NCBI GenBank assembly: GCA_043228905.1
Contig: JBHGNT010000020.1
Coordinates: 14,260,001 to 14,324,000, forward strand
Length of the DNA stretch: 64,000 nt
Origin: Azolla caroliniana
Lineage: Eukaryota; Plantae; Polypodiophyta
Reading direction: 5' to 3'
In this document: positions 13,271 through 24,804 of the stretch, piece after piece
Layout of the letters: each line of letters opens with the position of its first letter
Position numbering within the stretch: the stretch's first letter is position 1
Notes under the pieces: generated by a model
Databases searched by the model: none
What the model was told of the DNA's origin: nothing
What the model saw: the letters and a program-made list of their open reading frames with translations, nothing else
Position numbers and translations under genes: made by a program

Positions 13271-16102
13271 GCTAGCTGTTACCAGTATAGGTTTACAAGA
13301 AGGTTAGGTGTAATGTAGAAGGTGGTGTGTAAGGTGTAATATAAAATGTGAATGTGAATGTGAATGTGTGAGTGTTAGGTGGGGTAAGTAAGTGTACCTA
13401 CATCCATATGGCTTTTTGTAAAAATCTTATACTATATAAATCCTCACTCATGGGGCATAAAAAAATAAATATTGAAGTTACCCTCAGACCATGTTTGTCT
13501 CAATTCTCTCTTTCTCTCTCTCTCACTCTCTCTTGGCATCTTTCCCTCTCTCCTCTCTCACATTCAAAATCCTTTGGGAGGGGGGTGGAGCCAACACCCA
13601 TAAACACATGGCACGCCCTACGGCCTACCCCCTTTGAGAAGAAGTCGGTGCAGCAGAAGTATGCGAGAAGCCATGGCTAATGGCTATGACGTTTGTCCAT
13701 CCACGTCCCCCGTGTTGTAGTCACTCTCGAGGCTTCTCTGTAGACATAGCCATGGAGATCTCATGGGTACAATTCATACTTCTACAAGGAACTCTCATTC
13801 CTTGATGAAGAAGCTTCTTGAAGATTAGATCACGATGAGTGGATAGCTCCGATCATTGATCCTTTCTCCTCCTCTTCTGCTCGCTAATCGCAGCAAACAT
13901 TTTAGATCTCGAATGGTCATTATTGCCATTATGCTTTTCGCTTTTGTAATTCGTTTCTCATAGTGAGTGAATATTTTCAGATGTAACGGAAAGGGATGTG
14001 GTGCAAGGAATGTGGTGATGAGGCAGTTTCAGCCCAAGTTTCCATTTTGATGCTCTTAGGCCTCGGTACAACTTCAAAGTCTTATGAAGATCATCTCCAA
14101 CTACAACTTTAAAAGACTATTAAAAAGACTGTAAACCCAAAGCTTAGGAAGCTTTGGACGTCCTAGGACTAGAGAAGAAAGTGAATGCATTTTCTGTCAT
14201 TTTCCAATCCCTAACGAGGCGGATTTCAAAGCATGAGGATAAATCTTTATGCATTGCTGTGGGGCATAGGCCAAGAAGCTCTTGCGTTGTGAGAGGTAGA
14301 AGAGGAGACTCAAACCCGTTGGGACAGCCCGCCGAACAACATGCCAACGACTGACGCAGAAGAAAAGAAAGAAATCAGAAGACGACGTGGTGTAAGAAGG
14401 AGAAGAATGAGAAAGAAGAGGATGAGGAGAACGGCCATAGAAAAAGCAAAAGACATGATGAAAGACGTGTGGATGAAAGGCGCCATCGCCCGTCATAGAA
14501 GCGAAACAAACCTGCTGCCGCCTCTCAAGCTCTGCCTACATCGTCCAAACAGATAGAAGAAGGAGAGGGAAGGTCGTGTTTCCACCCCAAACCACCAAAA
14601 GAAGAGAAAAACAGGCACAGACAAACATAAAACAGAAGAGGAAGAAAGTGACGAAGAAGAAGAGCAAAGAAAGTAGAAGATAGAAACTACGTAGAAAAGA
14701 AGAAAGTGACTAAGAAGTGAAAATGAAGGGATTATCCAGAAAAAGAAGAATATATAGGGAGAGGGGACAAATAAAGAACTAAAGAAACCTAAAAAGAGAG
14801 GGTATCGGTACAAAATTTCAAAAGCTGATTGATCGACTAGTCGATTCGACTAGCCGACTCTAGTGTCGATTGTCCAATTGGTTTGACTAGTTGGCCTTGT
14901 TGTCGAACCTATGGTCAGCCCGATTAGTCGGTCGTGTCTTTGACTTGGATCACATCTACAACACAATTGACTCACCGTGTCAACTCTTTCTCAATCGACT
15001 CTCCATGTCTTCGACAATTGGCCCTCAGCCCGCCTAGTCGGCTCCTCCCACAGGAGGGACATATTCCTAACAAACTCCCCCGTCACTCCTGTGGGTGGAG
15101 TCGCTTAGTCTTGACTTTAGTCGACAAACTCGTCTGTCCATCAGTAGGTTATTCATCAACATGTCGGATCCATTGTCGATAGTATGGATCCATTGTCGAT
15201 AGTACTTGAGTATCCATTTGACGGTTGCCCAACGTTCTCGTCATGGATTACTCATGTATCGGCTTACTGCTCCAACAACAAATGCTATATCTGGCCTCGT
15301 ACAGACCATAACATACATTAAACTTCCGACGGCCGAGGCATATGGTACATTCCTCATCTCAACCTTTTCTCTCTCCCCTCTCGAGCATTGCTTTGCATTC
15401 AACTTGCAGTTGATCAACAACACAGAGCTGATTGACTTTGCTTTTGACATGTTGAACCTCTCTAGGATCTTCACCACATATTTCTCTTGTGACAACCATA
15501 ACACTTTCTTAGGTCTATCCCGAACTATGTGCATCCCCAAGATCTGTTTAGCCGGTCCAAGATCTTTCATTGCGAACGAGTTGCCTAATGCTTTCTTCAA
15601 GCTCACGATCTTCTTCGTGTCTTGTCCGACTATCAATGTGTCATGCACATATAATAAGAGAATTAAGAATTCTCCTGCATCACACCTTTTGATGAACACA
15701 TAGTGATCTGCCTATGTTTTGTGGAACCCATGTTCCAACATGAAGGATTCAAACTTCTTGTACCATTGGCGTGGAGCTTGTTTCAAACCATCCAAGCTTT
15801 TCTTCAATCGACACACTAAGTTCTCTATCCCTTTCTCCACAAAGCCTTTGGGGTGTTGCATATAGTTTTCTTCATCCAGCTCCCCGTGCAAGAATGTTGT
15901 TTTGACATCCAACTGTTCGATCTCCAGAGCCATACTGGCAGCTATGCTCAGAATAGTTCGGATGGATGTCATCTTTATGATCGGTGCAAATATTTCGTCG
16001 AATTCGACACCCTTTTTCTATTGAAACCCCTTCACCACAATGCGGGCTTTATGTTGGGAGACAGGTCCCTCCGAATGGGAAGGGAGAAGAACAGTGCCGA
16101 AA

Positions 16103-16330
16103 CGGTATGAACCGGATGGAGAGTACCCGACTGCTGAGAGCCGGATGGTGTAGACCCGGTATGAACCGGATGGGGAGTACCCGACTGCTGAGAGCCGGAT
16201 GGTGTAGACCCGGTATGAACCGGATGGGGAGTACCCGACTGCGGAGAGCCGGATGGTGTAGACCCGGTATGAACCGGATGGGGAGTACCCGACTTCGGAG
16301 AGCCGGATGGTGCAGGCCCGGCATGAACCG
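16103..16330 (+). repeat. Four 54-bp tandem repeats in U3 of the element D LTR (second copy about 20995-21220)
   Basis: Unit CGGTATGAACCGGATGGGGAGTACCCGACTGCTGAGAGCCGGATGGTGTAGACC, seen as the 18-aa periodicity in the spurious ORFs. Confidence 0.93.
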
Positions 16331-16508
16331 GAGGAAGAGACATATTTGTAAATATGTTTCTGAGAGCCCATCGAGGCTACATTTGTAAATAGCCGAAAAG
16401 TCATATTAGTATAAATATGACTTAGGGCAAACTTTTATTGGTTGTTGTCGTTTTTACTGTTAATTTTTCTTCCTTGTTGGTGCAAGAAGAAGTGTGAGCG
16501 CGCAACTG

Positions 16509-16543
<35 letters not shown>

Positions 16544-16848
16544 GAGGTCGTTGCCTCTGTTGTAACTGCCGCCTGTGGCGAAGATCTGAGAGCACGAGGT
16601 CGTTGCCTCAGTGATCTCACTGTTGTATATTCCTACATAGTGACAGTTTGCAGCCTGTGGGCTGCCGTGGTTTTTCCCTTATTTTGGGGTTTTCCACGTA
16701 AACCTCCTGTGTACCATTTCTCCCCTTTGTGTCGCGTTTCATTACCTGTTTTTCTGTGTATGAAAAGAATCTCGGTTGTGGCCGAGCGTCGGACATAAGG
16801 AACGTCGAGTTCTCAGCAAGTGGTATCAGAGCGAAATCGACACAGAAA

Positions 16849-19800
16849 ATGGACGAATCGTTTGGCGGCATGTTCAAGCTCACCGGCTCCAACTACTCAG
16901 TGTGGAAGTCGAAGATGAGGGACATGCTCGTGGTTAAAGACCTCTGGTTGCCGGTTCAGTTCGGGGACAAGAGACCGGACAAAATCGACGCCGCGATATG
17001 GGAGGTGATGCACATGAAGACAACGGCGTACATACGGTGCTTCATCGACATGAGCCTGTACAACAACTTCAATGAAGAGAGCAAGGATCATGAGCTCTGG
17101 GAGAAGATCGGCATAATGTTCCAGAACAAAAATGCTGTCAATCAGGTGTCGGTATTCCGGAAGCTAGTAAGACTCCGGTACCAAGATGGCTCCAGCATGG
17201 CGGAGCATATGAATGCCTTCCAGGGGCTGATTCACCAGGCAACGTCATTGGAAGTACCTCTTGCCGATGAGGTCCTAACGCTACTCCTGCTCGGTTCCCT
17301 CCCGGATAGCTAGGAGACGTTGGTTGTCACTTTGGGCAACGCCGGGCCGGAAGGAAAACGGTTATCCCTAGCAAGAGTAAAGTCGAGCTTGCTAGATGAG
17401 GAGGCTCGTCGGAAAGACAAAGATACGAGCTCCGACTCCAAAGCGCTCCTTACTGAATCGAAACGCGGAAGACATAGAAACCGTAGTCCCCAGAACCGGG
17501 AGAAGTCGGGGACACGGTCAAAGTCAAGGGGGAGGCCTACTTGCTTCTATTGCGGCAAGCCGGGACACTTCCAAAAGAACTGTCAGCATTTCCGTAAAGA
17601 CAAGGAAACCGACGGTACCGATTCGAAGCAAACCCAGAACCGGAACGGTACAGACCGGAATGGTAAAGACCGGAGGGGGCCGGACCGGAAGGGAACGACG
17701 GCAATTGCGGCAAGTGAAGAGGAGTTGATGCTCATCATCGAGGAGAGTGAGATAAACCATGCCGGCGACGAGATGACCTGGGTGGTAGACTCTGGAGCGT
17801 CGTTCCACCTTACCCCGGACCGGAAATGCTTCTCATCCTACTCAGCCGGTGATCACGGCTGTGTCCGGATGGGGAATGAAGGAACATGCCGAATTGTCGG
17901 CATAGGAGATGTGTGGCTGACAACACCAACCGGATGCAAGTTGCTGTTGAAGGATGTCCGACACGTTCCGGAAGTTCGTCTGAACCTGATATCAGCCGGT
18001 CGGCTAGATGATGAGGGCTACACGGGTAGCATCCGGAACGGTGTCATGAAGTTCAGCAAAGGGAGCCTGATTGTGGCTCAGGCCCGGAAGGTAAACACAC
18101 TGTACCTGATGAATGCCCGGTTATGTCCGGAAGAAGTGAACGTGGCTTCCGACACTGCCGGTGAGCTGTGGCACAAGAGGCTATATCACATGAGTGAGAA
18201 GGGGATGAAGAGGCTTGCAGACGACAACCTCATTCCAGTGAAGAACGTGCATTTAGAGAAGTGCACTGATTGTCTGGCCGGTAAGCAGAACCGGACCTCC
18301 TTCCGACCAAGGCCACCGATGAGACGTAATGCACCACTGGAGTTGGTGCATACGGATGTTTGTCAAGTAGACACGAAGTCACATGCCGGAGCGCAGTACT
18401 TCGTGACGTTCATAGATGACCACAGCCGGAAGCTGTGGGTCACACCGCTGAAGACGAAGGATCAGGTGTTATCAGTCTTCAAAGAGCTCCACGCGAGAGT
18501 GGAAAGAGAAACCGGCCGGAAGCTGAAGGCAGTTCGAGCAGATAACGGAGGAGAGTACCGGGGGCAGTTCGAGGAGTACTGCCGCTCGAAGGGAATCCGG
18601 CTCGAATTTACCGTGCCGAAGACGCCGGAACTAAACGGACTGGCCGAGAGGATGAACCGGACCATAATGGAGAGGGTCCGGAGTATGCTAGTGCATGCAA
18701 AACTACCCAAGAAGTTTTGGGCTGAGGCACTGTCGACGGCGACATATGTGATAAACAGATCACCCTCAGTACCCTTGGACGGAGACACGCCACAGAGAGT
18801 ATGGACCAGTAAGGAAGTGTCCTACCGGCATCTGAGGGTGTTCGGATGTCTCGCGTACGTGCATGTAGCAAAGGACCGGAGAGGAAAGTTAGATCCAAAG
18901 ACCCGGCCATGCATATTCCTCGGTTACGGTGACGATGAGTTCGGCTACCGAGTGTGGGACCCGGTCGACAAGAAGGTATTCCGGAGTCGAGATATTATCT
19001 TCATGGAGGACAAGATGCTCGCCGACTAGGAGTCGGAGAAGAAGGTAATGAACTCCGAGTCGACCGGTAAGGATAGACTCTACAATGAGCAGACCCAACC
19101 GGCAAGAGACCGGTTAGCACTCGAGGAACCAGCCGGTTATGGTGAGGATATCGAACCGGCAGAAGAAGAAGTAGAGGAAGCTGAGACCGGAACCGGTCAA
19201 GACCCCGAATCGGATTCGGATGAAGAGCAAATGGAGGAATCGGTTACCGAAGCCTAAAGACGTAGATATCCTCTCAGAGAGAGAAGGGCGCCCCGGAGAT
19301 TTCCGGATGCAGAGCATGTCCTGTTGACCGATGAGGGGGAGCCGGAAAGCTTCGAAGAAGCGAAGGAAGACACCCACAACCGAAAATGGTTAAGTGCCAT
19401 GCAGGATGAGATGGATTCCCTGCATGAGAACCATACGTACGAATTGGTGGAGCTGCCGAAAGGAAAGCGGGCATTCCGAAACAAGTGGGTGTTCAAGTTG
19501 AAACCGGGAGATGCCAGCAACCCCCCGAGATACAAAGCCAGGATCGTGGTGAAGGGGTTCCAGCAGAAGAAGGGCGTGGACTTCGACGAAATATTTGCCC
19601 CGATAGTAAAGATGACCTCCATCCGGACGGTGCTGAGTATAGCAGCAAGCATGGATCTCGAGGTAGAGCAGCTGGACGTGAAGACGACATTCCTCCACGG
19701 CGACCTCGAAGAGGAGATCTACATGTAGCAACCGGAAGGATTTGTGGAGAAAGGGAAGGAGCACTTGGTATGCCGGTTGAAGAAGAGCCTGTACGGACTG

Positions 19801-20910
19801 AAGCAGGCTCCCCGACAATGGTACCGGAAGTTCGACTCCTTCATGACCGATCAAGGGTACCATAAGACGCAGGCCGATCACTGCGTGTTCGTGAAGAAGT
19901 TCGAAGGAGGGGACTTCCTGATACTTCTCCTGTACGTGGATGACATGTTGATCCTCGGACGAGACCAAGGCAAAATACGGATGCTGAAGAAGGCTCTCAA
20001 CCGGACCTTCTCAATGAAAGACTTGGGTCCGGCAAGACAGATGTTGGGGATGCACATCATTCGGGACCGGTCAGTGAAGCAATTATGGCTGTCACAGGAG
20101 AAGTATGTGACAAAGGTGCTTCACCGGTTCAACATGTTAGATGCAAAACCGGTCGGATCGACACTTCCGGCAAACTGCAAGTTGTCCGGCAAGCAAAGCC
20201 CGAAGACAAAAGGAGAGAAGGCAGATATGATGAAGATTCCATATGCCTCTACCGTCGGGAGCTTGATGTACGCAATGGTTTGTACCCGACCGGACATTGG
20301 ATAAGCAGTCGGAGTGGTGAGCCGGTTCATGAGTAATCCCGGCAAGGAGCATTGGAACGCGGTCAAGTGGATACTCCGGTATTTGAAGGGCACCTCAAAT
20401 ATGTGTCTCCGATTCGGCTCCGGAAAACCTCAACTGGATGGTTTCACCGATTCGGACATGTCGGCTGATGTGGATACCAGCCGGTCTACATCCGGGTATG
20501 TGATGACATATGCAGGGGGAGCTGTTTCGTGGCAGTCGAGACTGCAGAAGACGGTTGCATTGTCAACCACAGAGGCGGAGTACATGGCGACTGTAGAAGC
20601 CGGCAAGGAAATATTATGGATGAAGGACTTCATCGGAGAGCTCGGTATCCGGCAAGAGGAATACCGACTCTACTGCGACAGTCAAAGTGCCATCTACCTT
20701 GCTAAGAATGCAGCCTACCATTCCCGGACGAAGCATATCCAGCGGAGGTATCACTGGATCCGGGAAAGGGTAGATGACCAGGAGTTCGCACTGACGAAGA
20801 TCCACACGGCCGAGAACAGGTCAGATATGCTGACCAAAGTGCTGACACCCGACAAGCTGGACGCATGCCGGAAGAGGATCGGGCTGGAAAGACATCCCAT
20901 GCCGGAGTGA
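16849..20910 (+). pseudogene. gag-pol polyprotein of element D, one frame broken by five point stops
   Basis: CFYCGKPGH, WVVDSGAS, integrase, LLYVDD and RNase H (DSDM, STTEAEY, SDMLTK). Stops near 17311, 19027, 19255, 19726 and 20302. Confidence 0.92.
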
Positions 20911-21400
20911 AGGGGGAGTTTGTTGGGAGACAGGTCCCTCCGAATGGGAAGGGAGAAGAACAGTGCCGACGAACAAACTCGGCCGAGGCCGAAACGGTAT
21001 GAACCGGATGGAGAGTACCCGACTGCTGAGAGCCGGATGGTGTAGACCCGGTATGAACCGGATGGGGAGTACCCGACTGCTGAGAGCCGGATGGTGTAGA
21101 CCCGGTATGAACCGGATGGGGAGTACCCGACTGCGGAGAGCCGGATGGTGTAGACCCGGTATGAACCGGATGGGGAGTACCCGACTTCGGAGAGCCGGAT
21201 GGTGCAGGCCCGGTATGAACCAGAGGAAGAGACATATTTGTAAATATGTTTCTGAGAGCCCATCGAGGCTACATTTGTAAATAGCCGAAAAGTCATATTA
21301 GTATAAATATGACTTAGGGCAAACTTTTATTGGTTGTTGTCGTTTTTACTGTTAATTTTTCTTCCTTGTTGGTGCAAGAAGAAGTGTGAGCGCGCAACTG

Positions 21401-21437
<37 letters not shown>

Positions 21438-24015
21438 GAGGTCGTTGCCTCTGTTGTAACCGCCGCCTGTGGCAAAGATCTGAGAGCACGAGGTCGTTGC
21501 CTCTGTTGTAACCGCCGCCTGTGGCAAAGATCTGAGAGCACGAGGTCGTTGCCTCAGTGATCTCACTGTTGTATATTCCTACATAGTGACAGTTTGTAGC
21601 CTGTGGGCTGCCGTGGTTTTTCCCTTATTTTGGGGTTTTCCACGTAAACCTCCTGTGTACCATTTCTCCCCTTTGTGTCGCGTTTCATTACCTGTTTTTC
21701 TGTGTATGAAAAGAATCTCGGTTGTGGCCGAGCGTCGGACATAAGGAACGTCGAGTTCTCAGCACTTTATATCTGGGTGTGTTGTAGACTTCTCCAGTCT
21801 TTACCTTATAGACCCATTTATTTCTAAGTGCTTTCTTACCTTTCGGTAGCTCAACGAGGTCATAGGTGTAGTTGTCATGCAAGGAGTCCATCTCGTCTTG
21901 CATTGCATTCAACCATTTATCCTTGTGCTCATCGGCAATGGATTCATTGTAGCACTCAAGTTCACCTTCACCAGTCAAGAGGATGTATTGACTGGCATAT
22001 GTAACCAATGCTCTTCTTTCTCTGAGTGGGTATCTCCTTCCACCCGTTGTTGACTCCCTGTCGACTCCAGTTCGGATGTCTCTACCGACTCTTCTCTCGG
22101 CTTGGGTTTATACATGTTGATCGGTCGTTGAGGATTAGCCGATTCCGACTCGTATTCTTTGATCGACTTTAATAAGTTCGTCGACTCCGACTCATTTGTA
22201 TTGGTCGGTTTCTCCGAGTCGACCGACTCGGATTCGACTGTGCCGACTGGCTGTCTCCGAACAACCGACCGTGTCGGTTCACTTGGCCTTAAGTTGGTAG
22301 TGGTGGGAGTCGACGGGGAAGTCGATTCCGAATTCTGTTGCTTCCTGTTGATAAGATAAACAACAGTATACATCGCCTCAGCCAAGTACGATTTCGGCAG
22401 CTTAGCATGAGAGAGCATGCTCCTTACTCTCTCCATGATCGTTCGATTCATCCTCTTTGCAAGCCCATTCAACTTAGGGGTCTTTGGTACAGTGTATTCG
22501 ATTCAAATACCTTGGGCCTTGCAATATTCTTTGAACTGCCCTCTATATTCGCCACCATGATCGGTTCGGACAATCGTCAACTTTTGACCTGACTCTCGTT
22601 CGGTTTTTACCTGGAACTCCTACAACATTGACAGTACTTGATCCGTCGACTTCGGTATGAAGGCCCATGTCTTCTGATTATAGTCGTCAATAAACATTAT
22701 GAAGTACTGCCCACCTCGATGCGATGGAGCATCAACATAGCACACATCCGTGTGTACTAGTTCCAGTGCAACTTCTCTTCTTCTTGGTGGTCTCGTGTGG
22801 AATGCTGCTCTGTTATGCTTTCTGACTAAGCAGTCGACACACTTCTCCAAGTGCATTCCTTTCACTTCTAGAAGAAGTTCTTAGTCGACCAGGATGTGCA
22901 TTCCCTTTTTACTCATGTGGTCGAGCTTTTTATGCCATAACTCTCCACTCGAGTCGGCCGCAACATTTACTTTCGACTTGCATAGTTGGGCATGCATCAT
23001 ATACAATGTGCGTCCTTTCTGTGCTCGAGCTACTATGAGGTTTCCTCAGTAGAACTTTCAATTGCCGTTTCAAAAGCTACCACTCTAGACTTCGTCATCT
23101 AACCTTCCAGTTGATATCAGATTTAATATGATATTAGGGACATGTCGAACTTCCCTCAGGGTCAACCGACAACTTGTCAACATCGTTAGGCATACATTTC
23201 CTATGCCGGCTATCTTGCATTCCCCATTATCTCCCATCTTTTCATAGCCATGATCACCGGATGTGTAAGTCAAGAAACACTCTCTCGACAGAGTTATATG
23301 GAAACATGCACCTGAGTCGATTACCCAAGTACACTCTTCACTTGCAAGATTTGTGATTGCCTACTCACAAATGAACGTGATCTCCTCTGCACTGGTAACT
23401 ACGGCTGATGTGCCCTTTTCATCAGGAATCTTGCTGGGTTCGACATCATTACCGACACCTTTGTTCTTCCTCATGTGTCGGTAGTCATTTTGAAAGTGTC
23501 CAGGCTTTCCACAATAGAAGCATGTTAGCTTACCTCTGGACTTCGATCTAGCTTGGGACTTGTCCCTCATTTGTGGACTCCTTTGCTGATTTCTTCCTTT
23601 GCCGGTATGTTGAGTTAGATTTGACTCTGACTGGGACATGACACCCTTATCCTTCCTTCTTTTCTCCTTGTTCAAGATGCTTGTCTTTATATCTTGAAGA
23701 AACAAGTTCTCTTCTTGACACGAGGTGTTGAGAGTCACCACTAGATTCTCCCAGCTGTCCGGTAGGGTACACAATAGCAATGACCTGCATTGCATCCTCA
23801 AGGGGAAACTTGGTTGCAACAAGTTGGTTCACATACCCCATGAATGTGCTTACATGCTCTACTATGCTTTCTCTGTCCCTGTATTTCAGCCTCACAATCT
23901 TTCTCATCAAAGATGTTTTGTTGAGGGCATTCTTCCTCTCATATAAACCTGACAGCTTCTGCCACATCTCGTAGGCATTTGTGTCGTTCGGCACATGTTG
24001 AATGACACTTACATC

Positions 24016-24436
24016 TGATGGATATGATGTTTGATATGTATGTATGTATGCGGAAGTATGTGAGAACCTGTAGATTATGTCCATAGCAAACAACATAGAG
24101 AATATGTCAGAGAAAATAAATGGAGACATAGACACAATTTGAAGCTCTAATGGAAACTCTCGTTATTTTGTTAACTCTTACACTCTTAGAGACTCAAGAT
24201 ACAAGAAGATTAACCGTTACAATATGTTAGGTTTGAGCTTATATACTCAAGCCCTAGCTCAAGGACGCGTTCACACTCAGAATACAAAGTGGATGGAGTG
24301 AACCTTTTATGCCAACAAACTCCCCCGTAAAAGGACTACTCTTTCTACATACAATAGTAATGGATTATCTCCCCTGTAAACCTAGATTACAAGTTAGTCG
24401 GCATATAGCCGAGTTGGCTGAGGTAAACTTGGTATT
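24016..24436 (-). mobile_element. Copia 3' LTR (24016-24317) with PPT and a short 3' flank; rest of the element lost
   Basis: The minus strand reads ...ACGGGGGAGTT|TGTTGGCATAAAAGG, the same LTR start as element E at 27630. Confidence 0.7.
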
Positions 24437-24750
24437 TGTCATGATATAGCATGGTATGCCTTCAAAAAGATTTGAACCCATCACCTTGTGTCACATGGGT
24501 TGAAGCACTACCATTAAGCTATATATTGTAATAAGAAAAATATTATTTCCATTTACTATCACTTAGGAAATCCATGTATATTCTAGATTTCTCTGGAACA
24601 TTCTAGAAATGTCAAGAGTACTCCTAAGGATACTATAAAAAGAGGCACATGACATTATTGAGAACCAATTCGGTTCAACGCTAGTCTTAAGCCTTTTAGC
24701 TATTCTTGTATATTCTCTTCATATAATATAATATATTGTTTTTCATCATC

Positions 24751-24800
<50 letters not shown>
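24437..24800 (+). mobile_element. Truncated chromovirus LTR of the A/G family, opposite orientation
   Basis: Starts TGTCATGATAT. Its reverse complement aligns with 1-323 and 39616-40051 (GGCTTAAGACT.GCGTTGAACC, TTCTAGAATGTTC). Confidence 0.78.
24448..24521 (-). other. tRNA-like Pol III A-box/B-box cassette in LTR U3; equivalents at about 248-315(+), 25386-25445(+), 39983-40043(+), 41241-41300(+), 41397-41465(+), 46304-46365(+), 52933-53001(-) and 58217-58285(-)
   Basis: TAGCTTAATGGTAGTGC...GGGTTCAAATC with tRNA-like spacing. The stems are degenerate, so this is not called a functional tRNA. Confidence 0.65.

Positions 24801-24804
<4 letters not shown>

Larger units (their letters stand above)
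16052..21764 (+). mobile_element. Full-length Ty1/copia element D
   Basis: TSD CTTTA (16047-16051 / 21765-21769). LTRs 16052-16818 and 20921-21764, PBS TGGTATCAGAGC 16821-16832, PPT GAAGGGGGAGTT. Confidence 0.96.
14820..24015 (-). mobile_element. Degenerate copia element C (minus strand), split by element D; 5' end lost
   Basis: PPT at 15073-15085 next to an LTR start (TGTTAGG on minus at 15072). RT pieces 15241-15972, integrase and protease 21770-23350, gag 23361-24010. Removing element D restores PRYKARIVVKGFQ. Left limit approximate. Confidence 0.8.

Noticed and set aside
14341-14813. K/R/E-rich or F/S-rich proteins
   Set aside because: Low-complexity purine-rich DNA with no domain signature or splice support.
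15984-16404. Repeat-protein ORFs (GMNRMGSTRLLRAGWCRP)n, also at 20702-21296
   Set aside because: They are translations of the 54-bp LTR tandem repeat, open in several frames on both strands.
24448-24521. Functional tRNA genes at the tRNA-like LTR sites
   Set aside because: Acceptor and anticodon stems do not pair convincingly; only the A/B boxes are kept.
24754-24802. (CT)n/(CA)n and other (GA)n microsatellites
   Set aside because: Ordinary simple repeats within LTRs and UTRs.
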